DNA of 64,000 nt, taken from positions 930,001 through 994,000 of the forward strand of contig NC_019977.1 of assembly GCF_000328665.1 (NCBI RefSeq), read 5' to 3'. This DNA comes from Methanomethylovorans hollandica DSM 15978 (GTDB taxonomy: Archaea; Halobacteriota; Methanosarcinia; Methanosarcinales; Methanosarcinaceae). Of the stretch, positions 1-11,675 are shown one piece after another (the stretch's first letter is position 1; each line of letters opens with the position of its first letter). Under the pieces are notes generated by a model. The model was not told where the DNA came from. It made no database searches and saw only the letters and a program-made list of their open reading frames with translations. The translations under genes and the position numbers were made by a program.

Positions 1-91
1 ATATTATCTTCATTCCAGAGTGCTGAGGCCCGCTGCTGTGACTGTGTCAAAGCTTCCCGAACTGTCGCTGGAAGATAAGGATTGCAAGTAA
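1..91 (+). CDS. grpE: GrpE nucleotide exchange factor, 3' end only (partial)
   Basis: Frame from nt 2 reads YYLHSRVLRPAAVTVSK...*, the GrpE C-terminal motif; directly upstream of dnaK. Confidence 0.85.
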   Translation, partial: YYLHSRVLRPAAVTVSKLPELSLEDKDCK

Positions 92-182
92 GGCGCATCG
101 TATTGCGCGACGACCGTACGCACAAAGTCACAAATATTTAGTTATAACAGAATGATCTTATAAAGATTTGAGAGGTAATAAT

Positions 183-2036
183 ATGGCAAAGATATTGGGT
201 ATTGACCTTGGAACTACAAATTCCTGTATGGCTGTAATCGAAGGTGGAGAGCCAACTGTCATCCCGAATGCAGAAGGAGGGAGGACAACACCTTCTGTAG
301 TAGGTTTTTCCAAGAAAGGGGAGAAACTTGTGGGGCAGGTTGCCAAGAGGCAGATGATTACAAACGCAGATAATACTGTGTATTCCATTAAAAGACACAT
401 GGGAGAGGCCGGATATAAGGTAGCCCTCAACGGGAAGGACTATACCCCGCAGGAAATATCTGCCATGATCCTGCGTAAAATGAAGGAAGACGCTGAGGCG
501 TATCTGGGAGAGACCATCACACAGGCTGTCATTACAGTTCCTGCTTACTTCAATGACGCTCAGAGGCAGGCCACCAAAGACGCGGGTGCCATTGCAGGTC
601 TGGAAGTGATGAGGATCATCAATGAACCTACTGCAGCATCACTTGCATATGGTCTGGACAAGACAGAAGGAGAACACAAGATCCTTGTATATGATCTGGG
701 GGGAGGTACCTTTGATGTATCTATCCTGGAGCTGGGAGAAGGTGTGTTCGAAGTTCTTTCCACAAGCGGGGATACTCAACTTGGTGGAGATGACTTTGAC
801 CAGAGGATAGTAGATTATTTTGTTGAACAATTCAATAAAAATGAGGGTATTGATCTCTCCAAGGACAGAGCAGCATTGCAGCGTCTGAGGGATGCTGCAG
901 AGAAAGCAAAAATCGAGCTTTCTGGTATACCTTCCACCAACGTCAACCTTCCTTTCATCACGGCAGATGCCAACGGGCAGCCAAAGCACATTGATATAGA
1001 TATCACAAGGGCTCAGTTCGAAAAGATGACTGCCGACTTACTGGACAGGACTCTGGTTTCAGTAAGAAGGGCACTTGAAGATGCAAAGCTTAACCCCCAG
1101 GATATCGAGAAGGTGCTGCTGATAGGCGGTTCTACAAGAATGCCTGCAGTGTACGAAGCTGTAAAGAAGATATTCGGCAAAGACCCGTACAAAAATATCA
1201 ACCCGGATGAAGCCGTAGCAGTCGGTGCTGCCGTGCAGGCAGGTGTGCTTACAGGCGAAGTGCACGATGTGTTGCTGCTGGATGTCACACCCCTTACCCT
1301 CGGTATAGAAACCCTGGGTGGCGTGGCAACTCCGCTCATAGAGCGTAACACGACCATACCTGTGAGAAAAAGCCAAATATTCTCTACAGCTGCTGACAGT
1401 CAGCCATCCGTGGAGATCCATGTGCTGCAGGGTGAGAGAGGTATAGCTTCTGCGAATAAGACCCTGGGACGATTCATCCTGGATGGTATCCCGCCAGCTC
1501 CAAGAGGGATTCCCCAGGTAGAAGTTACCTTTGACATAGATGCAAATGGTATACTTCATGTCAAGGCAAAGGACCTGGGTACGGGCAAGGAACAGTCCAT
1601 ATCTATCCAGAAGCCAGGCGGCCTGTCTGATGAAGAGATCAACAAGATGGTAAAGGATGCGGAACTTCATGCTGAGGAGGATCGTAAGCGTAAGGAGCAG
1701 ATAGAGGTAAAGAACACTGGAGAATCCCTGGTGAACGCAGCCGAGAAGACCCTCAAGGAAGCAGGGGATTCTGTGACTGCAGATCAGAGGTCAAAAGTGG
1801 AAAGTGCCATCTCCGAACTTAAGGACGCTCTTCAGAAAGATGATGTTGAAGATATCAAGTCCAAGACAGAAGCTCTTCAAACTGCTATCTATGATATATC
1901 AGCTGCTATGTATCAAAAAGCACAGCAAGAAGCTGCTTCCGGGGCCGGGGCTTCTGAAGGTGCAGCTCCAAAGTCGGATTCCGGCGATGAAGTGGAAGAT
2001 GCAGACTACGAAATAGTTGATGACGGCAAGAATTGA
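183..2036 (+). CDS. dnaK: Chaperone DnaK (Hsp70)
   Basis: [25 protein letters not shown] motifs; ATG at 183 after GAGGT RBS. Confidence 0.99.
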   Translation: MAKILGIDLGTTNSCMAVIEGGEPTVIPNAEGGRTTPSVVGFSKKGEKLVGQVAKRQMITNADNTVYSIKRHMGEAGYKVALNGKDYTPQEISAMILRKMKEDAEAYLGETITQAVITVPAYFNDAQRQATKDAGAIAGLEVMRIINEPTAASLAYGLDKTEGEHKILVYDLGGGTFDVSILELGEGVFEVLSTSGDTQLGGDDFDQRIVDYFVEQFNKNEGIDLSKDRAALQRLRDAAEKAKIELSGIPSTNVNLPFITADANGQPKHIDIDITRAQFEKMTADLLDRTLVSVRRALEDAKLNPQDIEKVLLIGGSTRMPAVYEAVKKIFGKDPYKNINPDEAVAVGAAVQAGVLTGEVHDVLLLDVTPLTLGIETLGGVATPLIERNTTIPVRKSQIFSTAADSQPSVEIHVLQGERGIASANKTLGRFILDGIPPAPRGIPQVEVTFDIDANGILHVKAKDLGTGKEQSISIQKPGGLSDEEINKMVKDAELHAEEDRKRKEQIEVKNTGESLVNAAEKTLKEAGDSVTADQRSKVESAISELKDALQKDDVEDIKSKTEALQTAIYDISAAMYQKAQQEAASGAGASEGAAPKSDSGDEVEDADYEIVDDGKN

Positions 2037-2053
2037 ACTGTTTCAGAAACATT

Positions 2054-2090
2054 GGTATGTTCGATTTTTTGAACGTACCTTATTTATTTT
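2054..2090 (+). terminator. Stem-loop plus T-rich tract after dnaK
   Basis: ggtatgttc...gaacgtacc inverted repeat followed by T-rich run. Confidence 0.45.
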
Positions 2091-2112
2091 ATATTGACAT
2101 ACAGGGTCTCTC

Positions 2113-3279
2113 ATGTCCACTACACGTGATTATTATGAGATCCTTGGAGTTACCAAGGAATCTACTGAAGCCGAGATAAAAAAGGCATACAGAAAGCTTG
2201 CAATGCAATATCATCCGGATAAGAACAAGGCTCCGGATGCAGAGGAGAAATTCAAGGAGATCTCAGAAGCTTATGCTGTGCTCTCGGATGAAGAAAAAAG
2301 GGCTCAGTACGATAAGTTTGGTCACGCTGGAATAGATGGACGCTATTCCCAGGAAGACATTTTCCGTGGTGCTGATTTCAGAGGTTTCGAAGACCTGGGC
2401 GATATCTTATCCAGTATATTCGGAGGCGGCTTTGGAGGATTTTCAGGCGATATATTCGGAGGCGGAAGGGGCAGGCGCAATGCTCCGATGAGAGGTTCTG
2501 ACCTGCGTTATGATCTGGCCATATCTCTGGAAGAGGCGGCCAATGGCGTGGAAACTACCATCAATGTCCCAAGGGCCGAGAACTGTGAAACTTGCGGGGG
2601 GACCGGTGCAAAGGTAGGTACTAACCCAATAACATGTCCTGCATGTCATGGCTCCGGACAGATCACCAGTGCACGCAATACTCCTTTTGGCCGTTTCATG
2701 AGTACGACTGTCTGTAATAAATGTAATGGTAATGGCCAGATAATAGAGGATCCTTGTCCTGCATGTAAAGGCACGGGTAAGATCAAGAAAGTAAAGAAAC
2801 TTTCTGTGAAGTTACCAAAGGGTGCTGATAACGGGCTACGCCTGAAGATCAGAGGAGAAGGTGAAGCAGGAAGTTCTGGAGCACCATCAGGAGATCTTTA
2901 TGTAATGGTGCACGTGCAACCTCATAAGACCTTCGAGCGCATAGGAGATGATATTCTCTACGAGCTGCCAATTTCATTTGCACAGGCGGCTTTGGGTGAT
3001 GAGGTACCTGTTCCCACACTCTACGGAAATGTGAAGATGACCATTAGACCCGGAACGCAGACACATTCTGTTCTGCGACTCAAAGGTAAAGGCGTACCGC
3101 ATTTACATGGAAGTGGCGAGGGTGACCAGCTTGTCAAGGTTATCGTGCAGATACCAAAGAACCTGAACTCTGAGCAGAAAGAGTTACTTCGTAAGTTCGA
3201 TGAGATTGATAAGAAGAGTGGTGGAAAAAGCAAGCATTCTGGCATATTTGAGAAAGTAAAGGATGCTTTTAATCCATAG
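2113..3279 (+). CDS. dnaJ: Chaperone DnaJ
   Basis: J-domain HPD, G/F-rich region, four CxxCxGxG repeats. Confidence 0.99.
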   Translation: MSTTRDYYEILGVTKESTEAEIKKAYRKLAMQYHPDKNKAPDAEEKFKEISEAYAVLSDEEKRAQYDKFGHAGIDGRYSQEDIFRGADFRGFEDLGDILSSIFGGGFGGFSGDIFGGGRGRRNAPMRGSDLRYDLAISLEEAANGVETTINVPRAENCETCGGTGAKVGTNPITCPACHGSGQITSARNTPFGRFMSTTVCNKCNGNGQIIEDPCPACKGTGKIKKVKKLSVKLPKGADNGLRLKIRGEGEAGSSGAPSGDLYVMVHVQPHKTFERIGDDILYELPISFAQAALGDEVPVPTLYGNVKMTIRPGTQTHSVLRLKGKGVPHLHGSGEGDQLVKVIVQIPKNLNSEQKELLRKFDEIDKKSGGKSKHSGIFEKVKDAFNP

Positions 3280-3416
3280 TTTTGGCTGTTTTTGATGGTC
3301 TAATATTTTTATCTTCTTTTTTTAGTAAAATTTAAAGCCAATGACACCATAAGAGCCTATTCTTCAGATGCACGTACTTTTATATGAACCGTGCAATATA
3401 AATCTAAAGGGATCTC

Positions 3417-4751
3417 ATGAAAGCTGTTATTATAGGTGCAGGGGAAGTAGGCTATCATATAGCAAAATCACTGTATGCTACTAATGATGTAATAGTCATA
3501 GAACAGGATGAAGAGGCCTGCAAACGGGCCGATGAACTGGATGTTCAGGTCATTCAGGGTAATGGCGCGAATGCATCAATATTGTCCCAGGTTATTAAGG
3601 GGACTGACATCCTAATGGCTGTCACTGGTTCCGATGAGGTCAACATTGTAGCATGTATGGCTTCCAAGCTCATTATAGGAGATAAAAATAAGCTTAAGAC
3701 AATGGCAAGAGTCAGTAATCCTGACTATATTGATAAACCAATAGCTAAACGCACCAGTATCGGTATCGATGTGATGATATGTCCTGAACTTACAATGGCC
3801 TCTGAAGTCGCACAGATACTTGCAATACCATCTGCCATTGATATTGAATCATTCGCAGAGGGAAAAGTGGAAATGATGGAATTGGTGGTTTCCAAAGAAA
3901 GTTATTTTGCCAATAAGATGATGAAAGACCTGCATCTTGCTGATTGTTGCATAGTAAGTGCTATTTTTCGTAAAGACGATGTGATCATTCCCCATGGCGG
4001 GGATTCCATACAGGAGAACGATCATATAGTTGTTATCGGCCAACCTTCTGCAATGAAGGACATAAGGGGACTTTTGGGAGAGGTCGTTGGCAGACGCAGT
4101 AAGGTCATGATCATAGGTGGAGGCATAGTTGGTTTTTATCTTGCGAAGCTCATCGGTAAAAGTGAGGCAGATATTAAGATCATTGAATCCCGTAAGGATC
4201 GCTGTGAAGAAATAGCAGACGAACTTTCGGGGGTTCTTGTATTGAATGGTGACGGAACGGATATCAATCTGCTGAAGGATGAGGGAATCAATGAGATGGA
4301 CGTGGTCGTTTCTGTCACGGATAGTGATGAAAAGAACCTTTTGTGTTCTTTGATAGCCAAAAAACTGGGTGTTAAGAAAGTTATTGCCAGGTCGGACAGA
4401 TCTGATTACATCTCTCTGTTTGAAATGGTCGGGGTGGACAGTGCAGTAAGTCCCAGGGAAGCAACAGTCAACGAGGTGCTTAAACTCACCATGGGAAAAG
4501 GAATTGAGGCTATCACTACTATAGAAGGACAAAAAGCTGAGATCATCGAATATACTGCTTCGAGCAAGTCAAAGATAGTAGGTAAACCGTTGCGTGATGT
4601 AAAATTCCCTGCTGGTGCCATTGTTAGTATGATAGTGCACAAGGGAAGAACCATAGTCCCCCGTGGCAGTCATGTTATCGAGGAAAATGACAGGGTAGTA
4701 GTTTTCGCTCTTCCCACTGCTCTGGAAGCTGTGGAAAAACTTTTCAAATAA
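3417..4751 (+). CDS. trkA: Trk K+ uptake NAD-binding subunit TrkA
   Basis: Two RCK domains with GAGEVG and GGGIVG motifs; next to trkH. Confidence 0.95.
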   Translation: MKAVIIGAGEVGYHIAKSLYATNDVIVIEQDEEACKRADELDVQVIQGNGANASILSQVIKGTDILMAVTGSDEVNIVACMASKLIIGDKNKLKTMARVSNPDYIDKPIAKRTSIGIDVMICPELTMASEVAQILAIPSAIDIESFAEGKVEMMELVVSKESYFANKMMKDLHLADCCIVSAIFRKDDVIIPHGGDSIQENDHIVVIGQPSAMKDIRGLLGEVVGRRSKVMIIGGGIVGFYLAKLIGKSEADIKIIESRKDRCEEIADELSGVLVLNGDGTDINLLKDEGINEMDVVVSVTDSDEKNLLCSLIAKKLGVKKVIARSDRSDYISLFEMVGVDSAVSPREATVNEVLKLTMGKGIEAITTIEGQKAEIIEYTASSKSKIVGKPLRDVKFPAGAIVSMIVHKGRTIVPRGSHVIEENDRVVVFALPTALEAVEKLFK

Positions 4752-4763
4752 GAAAGGTGGAAC

Positions 4764-6197
4764 ATGAACCAAAAGGTCATACTCAGCGTATTGGGAACTC
4801 TTCTGCGTTTCCTGGGAATGATGATGATAGTTCCCCTGCTCGTGGCTTTTTATTATCATGAATCTCCTCTTCCTTTTCTTATCGGTATAGGTTTAACAGA
4901 GATCACAGGCATCTATCTCTGGTCATCTTATAAGTCAGACGACGACTGGAAGCTCAGAGAAGCTTTTGCTATAGTAGCCTTTAGCTGGCTGGCAGCTATG
5001 TTTTTTGGTGCTATCCCATTCATTGTCGAGGGTATATCTCCCCTTAACGCTTTTTTTGAAACTATGTCGGGTTTTACAACTACAGGTTCATCTATTCTTG
5101 ATAACATAGAAAGCCATTCTAAAAGCATTCTTTTCTGGCGCAGCATGATTATTTGGGTAGGTGGGATGGGTATTATCGTCTTGTTTGTTGCAATTCTTCC
5201 TAAATTAGCTATTGCAGGCAGGCAGCTTGTCCGTGCTGAAGCTCCCGGCCCTACTGAGGACAAGATAAAACCCAGGATAAGGGATACAGCCAAGATCCTC
5301 TGGATGGTATATGTAGTGCTATCAGCCTTGGAAGTTGCAGCTTTACATCTGGCTGGCATGTCAACCTATGATGCTGTTACGCATATGTTTGCTTCCATGG
5401 GCACTGGAGGTTTTTCTCCTTATGGTCGGGGGATTGAAGCTTTTAACAGTCCTTTGATAGAAGCTATACTTATACTATTCATGTTCATTGCAGGAGCAAA
5501 TTTTGCACTGCTGTACAGGACACTTTATGTGAATCATAAAATAATCTTCAAAGATGAAGAATTCAAGTTCTACACTGCAGTTGTTGTTGTGGCCACTGCT
5601 GTGCTGATCCTTGCATTGAGGCGAGATATAGGTGCAGATCCCTTTACTTGTCTGCGTTATGCTTTGTTCCAGGTGGTATCTCTCCTCACAACTACTGGTT
5701 TTGCTAATACGGATTTTAATTTGTGGCCTGACTCTTCGAGAATCGTGTTATTACTTGTAATGTTCATCGGAGGGTGTGCCGGATCAACTGCCGGTGGTCC
5801 AAAAGCAATAAGGATTCTATTGTTATTGAAGTATGCCAGATGGGAACTGTTCAGGTCCGTTCATCCAAAAGCAGTAAAACCTATCAAGTTCAATGGAAAA
5901 ACAGTTCCAGAAAACACTATGCAGGAAATCATATCCTTTGTGGTTATTTATTTCCTCGTATTTATAGCAAGTACATTCTGTATCTCTATTATGGGCGTAG
6001 ATATTCTCACTTCTATCACCGCATCCATTACAACTCTGGGTAACATTGGTCCTGGATTCAATCTTGTTGGACCAATGGCAAGTTTCAACGGTATGCCTGC
6101 ACTAGCTAAAGTGATAATGATAGCGAATATGTGGATAGGCAGACTTGAGGTATTCACGGTAATTGTTATGTTCACACCAGAGTTCTGGAAAAAGTAG
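4764..6197 (+). CDS. trkH: Trk K+ uptake membrane subunit TrkH
   Basis: Multi-[36 protein letters not shown] motifs. Confidence 0.95.
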   Translation: MNQKVILSVLGTLLRFLGMMMIVPLLVAFYYHESPLPFLIGIGLTEITGIYLWSSYKSDDDWKLREAFAIVAFSWLAAMFFGAIPFIVEGISPLNAFFETMSGFTTTGSSILDNIESHSKSILFWRSMIIWVGGMGIIVLFVAILPKLAIAGRQLVRAEAPGPTEDKIKPRIRDTAKILWMVYVVLSALEVAALHLAGMSTYDAVTHMFASMGTGGFSPYGRGIEAFNSPLIEAILILFMFIAGANFALLYRTLYVNHKIIFKDEEFKFYTAVVVVATAVLILALRRDIGADPFTCLRYALFQVVSLLTTTGFANTDFNLWPDSSRIVLLLVMFIGGCAGSTAGGPKAIRILLLLKYARWELFRSVHPKAVKPIKFNGKTVPENTMQEIISFVVIYFLVFIASTFCISIMGVDILTSITASITTLGNIGPGFNLVGPMASFNGMPALAKVIMIANMWIGRLEVFTVIVMFTPEFWKK

Positions 6198-6204
6198 AAT
6201 GAAC

Positions 6205-6237
6205 CCAGTACTAATGTAGTTAAGTACTGGTATTTTT
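6205..6237. terminator. Inverted repeat between convergent trkH and GGR
   Basis: ccagtact...agtactgg followed by tattttt. Confidence 0.5.
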
Positions 6238-6259
6238 AACTTACAATTTTGTTAATCTT

Positions 6260-7468
6260 TTACATGTCCATTTCATTCTTCACGACATTCTTGAATAACA
6301 CTCTCAAATCCCACAACAGTTTTTTATTGGCTTTGAAAAGTGCATATAGCAAGTCAGTAAGGCTCATTTTGTTGAAGTTCACATCCTTTAAGGAATACGC
6401 CAGAGAATTCAGTTCTTCATCCGTGAATTTCACAAAAAGGTCCTTGACGATCAGACCGTTATCTATTGCCTTGCCAATCGTTGCTCTCCATCGGTCTTCA
6501 TATTCCTGGAGAGATTTTATGGAAACATCGCCCGCAAGTATTGCATTACAAGCCACTTCACCTGCTATCTCGCCTGCGTCCATGGCATTTATGATACCTC
6601 CGCCTGTAACTGGATCGGATTGCCTTGCTGCATCACCTACCAGCATGAGCCCATTGGCGATGGTACGTTCAACTGTTCCACTTACAGGTACGCCACCATA
6701 ATCAATTTCAATAATAGAAGCGTCCGGAAGTTTTTCTTTTACAAATTCATTGAGGTAGTCTATGGCTCTTTTTTCACCAGATTCGCTTCCAAGTATACCG
6801 ATACCCACATTGGCCATATTCCCGCCTTTAGGGAATAACCAGAGATAGCCACAAGGTGCTATTTTCTTACCCACATAGAACTGGCAGTATTCCTGATCGA
6901 TATTGACACCGCTCATAAGATACTGCACACAGGTCTCCATGTCCGAAGGTTTTAGAGAAGTATCGATACCTGCCCATCTGCCGACCTTGGATTCCATACC
7001 ATCTGCACCGATCACTATCTTGGACCGGATCTTATATTCCTTTCCAAGGTGCATGGCTTTGATGCCGCATACGTATCCATTTTCAATAATCAGACCTGTA
7101 GCTCTGGTCTTGACCATGACTTCGGCGCCTGCCTTTACACTTTCATAGACAAGTGCCCGGTCAAATATCTTTCTTTCCAGGACATAACCGACTTCTCCGC
7201 CGGCTATCTCTTCAGCCATCTGTACACTCGTGCCATCAGGAGAGAATATTCTTGATCCTTTCATGTCGGCACATATCCATCTTGGATCCGGTTCGATATG
7301 CTTTTTCAAGGCTATTTTGCTGATACCTTCTGCGCATCTTACTGGATCACCAATCTCCTGGCGTTTTTCTATAAGTAGCACGCTAAGGCCCTTCTTGGCT
7401 GCGGTTTTTGCTGTAATTGAACCAGCAGGTCCGGCACCTACAACGATGATATCGTAATTATCTTTCAT
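6260..7468 (-). CDS. Digeranylgeranylglycerophospholipid (geranylgeranyl) reductase
   Basis: GAGPAG FAD motif, [17 protein letters not shown]...PVTGGGI motifs of archaeal GGR. Confidence 0.92.
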   Translation of the reverse strand: MKDNYDIIVVGAGPAGSITAKTAAKKGLSVLLIEKRQEIGDPVRCAEGISKIALKKHIEPDPRWICADMKGSRIFSPDGTSVQMAEEIAGGEVGYVLERKIFDRALVYESVKAGAEVMVKTRATGLIIENGYVCGIKAMHLGKEYKIRSKIVIGADGMESKVGRWAGIDTSLKPSDMETCVQYLMSGVNIDQEYCQFYVGKKIAPCGYLWLFPKGGNMANVGIGILGSESGEKRAIDYLNEFVKEKLPDASIIEIDYGGVPVSGTVERTIANGLMLVGDAARQSDPVTGGGIINAMDAGEIAGEVACNAILAGDVSIKSLQEYEDRWRATIGKAIDNGLIVKDLFVKFTDEELNSLAYSLKDVNFNKMSLTDLLYALFKANKKLLWDLRVLFKNVVKNEMDM

Positions 7469-7638
7469 CTGATCACCCTAATAGCCCCCACGGGGCATAT
7501 CTTGCCACAGAGACCACAGCTGGAACAGTTCATATCCACTTCTATCCACGTCTCCACAAGTTCCAGGGCTCCCGCCGGACACACACCCACACATGCACCA
7601 CAATATCCACATTTATACCTGTTCACTTCAATGGACAC
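7465..7638 (-). CDS. 2x[4Fe-4S] ferredoxin, coupled to GGR
   Basis: [12 protein letters not shown] and [15 protein letters not shown] at 7638 after AGGTGA RBS; overlaps GGR start. Confidence 0.92.
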   Translation of the reverse strand: MSIEVNRYKCGYCGACVGVCPAGALELVETWIEVDMNCSSCGLCGKICPVGAIRVIR

Positions 7639-7738
7639 AATTATCACCTATAAATTTGAGATCGCATAACTTAACGTACTCTAATAATGTATTCAGCCTT
7701 ATATCTTTTGTAGCTTACAGCCTCGGGATACATCATCC

Positions 7739-8371
7739 TCAATGAAGGCAGTTAAGCTTTACACGTGCTCTGCCACTTTCCAGTTCAAACTTATTCTGCA
7801 CATATTCAAAGGAAAGTCCATGTCCATGCAGAAGTATTTCCACAATATCGTTTGGCTCATCGATATCGGTACTCAGCAGGAAGGAATCATATATTCTCAA
7901 TGAGCAGTTCAGATATTTAGCTATACTACAGTGGTTACGAAAGCTCATTCCATAATAACAGACAGAGAATCCAGCTGGCTCCTTTATAAAAAGTATGTTC
8001 GTTCCGCCTCCTTTGCCAGGCACGATCACCACATCTTCTTCAGAGTTAATTATGTCGTTGATCTTTTCTGGCCTGGTAAGAGGAAGATCTGCCATTATAA
8101 TAAGTACTGGCTGATTAACCTTCTTAAGATATTTATTGATGGATTCGTTCAGATCAGCGGGGTCGATCACAAAATTCACATCGAGATCTGAAAGTGAACT
8201 ATATTTAAACGTTGCAAGTATATCGATATCTTTCACTCCTGCCTCTCTCAGGGAACACACTACATCTCTTAACATCAATTCTACGAATTCTTCCCTTTCT
8301 GTCCGGCTGAGCACAGGAGAAAGCCTTGATTTTGCATTTTCTTGTTTGTATGGTATGACAGCACGCATCAT
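7739..8371 (-). CDS. cofC: 2-phospho-L-lactate/PEP guanylyltransferase CofC
   Basis: AVIPYK..AKSRLS, MADLP, GGTN, DIDEPND motifs; in cof cluster. Confidence 0.93.
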   Translation of the reverse strand: MMRAVIPYKQENAKSRLSPVLSRTEREEFVELMLRDVVCSLREAGVKDIDILATFKYSSLSDLDVNFVIDPADLNESINKYLKKVNQPVLIIMADLPLTRPEKINDIINSEEDVVIVPGKGGGTNILFIKEPAGFSVCYYGMSFRNHCSIAKYLNCSLRIYDSFLLSTDIDEPNDIVEILLHGHGLSFEYVQNKFELESGRARVKLNCLH

Positions 8372-9444
8372 ATTCCTTCATAAAGTGCATTTCTTTGTTT
8401 TGGGATCCTTCCGGAAGACCTGATGATCCATTCGATCTCAGCAGGCGCAACATATTCTCCGTTAGTGCTTCCGGAAGCTGTGGAGATCTTATCTTCCATC
8501 AGCGTACCGCCCAGATCATTGGCACCGCAATGCAACGCTACCTGAGAAAGCTTTTTCCCAAGCTTGACCCAGCTGGCCTGAATATTATCGATGTGGCCAT
8601 TAAGGATTATCCTTGCCAAAGCATAGAACCTCAGATCTTCAATGCCTGTGGTCATAAATTTACCCTGGGAGAGCATATTTTCACCAATCGGGTTATTATA
8701 TGGCATAAAGGGCAAAGGTACCAGTTCCGTGAACCCGCCTGTCCTTTGCTGTATGGAACGCAGAATGAAGAGATGATTCAGACGCTCTGTGAGGGTTTCA
8801 ACATGGCCATACATTATAGTGGAGTTGGTTTTAAGTCCGGCCTGATGAGCTGTCATTATAGTATGTACCCATTGTTCAGTGCTCAGTTTTCCAGGGCATA
8901 TAATCCTGCGTACTCTGTCAGAGAGTATCTCTGCCGAAGTGCCTGTTAGTGTATCAAGACCTGCTGCTTTAAGCCTTTCAAAGGCTTCCTCAAGGGAAAC
9001 GTCACTGTTCCCGCATGCATAGAAGATCTCCATTGGAGAAAAGCCGTGTATGCTCATCTTTGGAAATTCTACCTTTATATTCTCTACAACAGAAGTATAG
9101 TAGTCTATGTCAAGCTGCGGTAGGAATCCTCCCTGGATACAGACTTCCACTGCACCAGCTTTGCTGGCCTCTGATACTTTTTCAAGTATCTGGTCCATGT
9201 CCAGCATAAATCCCTTTTCAGAACGATAAGCACAGAAACCACAGTTGCCCCTGCACATATTGGTAATGTATATATTCCTGTTCACAACATATGTGACCAC
9301 ATCACCTACAGTACTTGAACGAAGTTCATCTGCAAAATTAAAAAGTATCAGAGGAGATAATTCTGCCAGTTCAAGAGCATCCATGAGGGTGATTTCCCCC
9401 TCATAGACCTTCTCCTTCATAGCCTCAGGAATAAATGGCAGCAT
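8368..9444 (-). CDS. cofH: FO synthase subunit CofH (copy 2), radical SAM
   Basis: VVNRNIYITNMCRGNCGFC, IQASWVKLG, GANDLGGT; ATG 9444 with GGGAGG RBS. Confidence 0.9.
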   Translation of the reverse strand: MLPFIPEAMKEKVYEGEITLMDALELAELSPLILFNFADELRSSTVGDVVTYVVNRNIYITNMCRGNCGFCAYRSEKGFMLDMDQILEKVSEASKAGAVEVCIQGGFLPQLDIDYYTSVVENIKVEFPKMSIHGFSPMEIFYACGNSDVSLEEAFERLKAAGLDTLTGTSAEILSDRVRRIICPGKLSTEQWVHTIMTAHQAGLKTNSTIMYGHVETLTERLNHLFILRSIQQRTGGFTELVPLPFMPYNNPIGENMLSQGKFMTTGIEDLRFYALARIILNGHIDNIQASWVKLGKKLSQVALHCGANDLGGTLMEDKISTASGSTNGEYVAPAEIEWIIRSSGRIPKQRNALYEGI

Positions 9445-10564
9445 TGCCAGCCTCCCTTGGGCGGTTGCCAAGAGACGTATCTCTCATATTATCTATCTCG
9501 TAGAGAGTTGTCCGTTGTTTTGGGATCCGATTTGCCCCTTTGATCATCCATTCAAACTCCTGTACCGAGATCGAGGTGCCATTGTTTGCACCGGCTGCAG
9601 TAGAGATGCTTTCCTCCATGAGCGTCCCTCCAAGATCATTAGCTCCACAATAGAGAGCCACCTGAGCCAGCTTTTTTCCAAGTTTTACCCAGCTAGTCTG
9701 GATGTTTTTGATGTGTCTGTGGAAGATTATACGGGAGAGTGCATACACTTTGAGATCATCGATCCCCGTGGTGGCATAGTGCCCTTCCTCTATCATTTTT
9801 TTCCCGATGGGATTATTATAAGGCATGAATGGCAAGGGTACGAATTCTGTGATGCCGCCTGTATCTTTTTGTATATCCCTTAATATCATCATATGTTCTA
9901 TTCTGTCCTGCCAGGATTCAATGTGTCCATACATCATTGTAGAGGTAGTACGGATACCTGTGCTATGAGCTGATGTGACCACATCTCTCCATTCTGCTGT
10001 TAGGAGCTTGTCAGGACACAGTTCTCTTCTCACATGGTCACAAAGTATCTCAGCTGCAGTACCTGGCATGGTTCCAAGACCAGACTTTTTCAGTTCACTC
10101 AATACCTGCCTGATGCTCAGGTCACTGGTCCTTGCAGCATGATAAACTTCCATGGGAGAGAATGCATGTATATGAATTGAAGGATATGCTTCTTTCACTG
10201 CTTCTAAGATGCCGGTATATAGCTCAAGACCAGCATTTGGTAAGAGACCGCCCTGGATGCAAACTTCGGTTGCACCTGCTTTGTGGGCTTCTTCTACTTT
10301 GGCAAGTATTTCCTCTGTGCTCAGGATGTAGCCGTTTTTCTCTTTAAAGGCGCAAAAACCACATGTTCCTACACAACGGTTGGTAAAATTAATATTGCGG
10401 TTCACTACGTAGGTGGTAATGTCACCGACTGCTTCGTAGCGTAAATTATCAGCAAACCTAAAAAGTTCGAAAGGTTCAGTATCCAGAAGCAAGAGCGCAT
10501 CGTCAATGCTGGTTTTTCCATTGTAGGCTCTTTCCACCAGCTCTTCATCAATCTTTGACATCAT
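9425..10564 (-). CDS. cofH: FO synthase subunit CofH (copy 1), radical SAM
   Basis: VVNRNINFTNRCVGTCGFC, PGTAAEIL, GANDLGGT; likely start MMSKIDEE at 10564. Confidence 0.92.
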   Translation of the reverse strand: MMSKIDEELVERAYNGKTSIDDALLLLDTEPFELFRFADNLRYEAVGDITTYVVNRNINFTNRCVGTCGFCAFKEKNGYILSTEEILAKVEEAHKAGATEVCIQGGLLPNAGLELYTGILEAVKEAYPSIHIHAFSPMEVYHAARTSDLSIRQVLSELKKSGLGTMPGTAAEILCDHVRRELCPDKLLTAEWRDVVTSAHSTGIRTTSTMMYGHIESWQDRIEHMMILRDIQKDTGGITEFVPLPFMPYNNPIGKKMIEEGHYATTGIDDLKVYALSRIIFHRHIKNIQTSWVKLGKKLAQVALYCGANDLGGTLMEESISTAAGANNGTSISVQEFEWMIKGANRIPKQRTTLYEIDNMRDTSLGNRPREAGNAAIYS

Positions 10565-10652
10565 AATATGACCAGACCAGTGTATTGGAATAGTATGCTC
10601 AATTGGTTCAAAATATAAAGCATTATCTAAATAAATAAAAGAACGTTCTTTA

Positions 10653-11642
10653 TCATCCGGATCGCCTATAACCTTCATCATCAACCATGGACCTGATAAG
10701 TGGCTTTAAGTGCTTACTGTACCATCCTTTGTTTATGTAATCAGGATAAATGGGCAGTCTTTCCCTAAGAGATATATCTTTGAGCAACCTTCGCAAGTTA
10801 TCCACTGTGGGCCACTCTGTTTCAGGATTGATCCAATCGATGGTAGTGGGAGATATGCCTCCCAGATCCGAAGCCCCGTATTTGACAAGTAAATATGGAT
10901 CTATCAGGTTTGGAGCCACCTGGATGGCTATATCGGCAGGTAATATCTCCCGCGCCATGGAAACTATCTGTACCATTTCCTCGATTTCAGGAGAGGATTG
11001 TTTTTCCATGGATGTCCCCGGCTTTGGTACAAAGTTCTGTATTATTACTTCCTGGATGTGTCCGTATTCCACGTGCATATTGGCAATACACTGCAGGGAA
11101 TCTATCCTGTCATCCAGTGTCTCCCCGATACCCACGAGTATACCAGTTGTGAACGGTATCTGTAGTTCACCTGCATATTTTATGGTCTTGACCCTGACAT
11201 CAGGTTGTTTCCCCGGGCAATTCAAATGAGCAGCTACCATGCCTGTAGTTTCCAGCATGAGACCCATACTTGCATTCCAGGGTTTAAGGGCTTCAAGCTC
11301 CATGTAGTTCAGGACACCTGCATTTGTATGCGGCAAAAGGCCGATCTTTATTGCCAGTTTGCAAAGGTCGACCACATACTCCACATTAGAAGAATAACCC
11401 AGTTCTTCAAGCCATTTCTTATACTCGGGCACCTCTTCGGCATATTCCCCGAATGTAAAAAGCACCTCAGTACAACCTGCTTTGTTTCCTTCTTTAAGTA
11501 GTGGGATAACATCTTCTGGGGACATGAAGTATGATCCGGGCTCATCGGGCTCACGCCTGAAAGTGCAATATCCACATTTATTCCTGCAGACATTGGTCAC
11601 GGGTATGAATACATTGCGAGAAAATGTAATAAAATCTGTCAT
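10653..11642 (-). CDS. cofG: FO synthase subunit CofG, radical SAM
   Basis: ITFSRNVFIPVTNVCRNKCGYC, PHTNAG, SMGLMLET, QVAPNL. Confidence 0.95.
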   Translation of the reverse strand: MTDFITFSRNVFIPVTNVCRNKCGYCTFRREPDEPGSYFMSPEDVIPLLKEGNKAGCTEVLFTFGEYAEEVPEYKKWLEELGYSSNVEYVVDLCKLAIKIGLLPHTNAGVLNYMELEALKPWNASMGLMLETTGMVAAHLNCPGKQPDVRVKTIKYAGELQIPFTTGILVGIGETLDDRIDSLQCIANMHVEYGHIQEVIIQNFVPKPGTSMEKQSSPEIEEMVQIVSMAREILPADIAIQVAPNLIDPYLLVKYGASDLGGISPTTIDWINPETEWPTVDNLRRLLKDISLRERLPIYPDYINKGWYSKHLKPLIRSMVDDEGYRRSG

Positions 11643-11675
11643 GGCTTTCGTTGGACTATATAGGCTACCATAAAT

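Noticed and set aside
8368..10564. Two cofH copies as a novelty
   Set aside because: Tandem cofH paralogs are a known feature of Methanosarcinales
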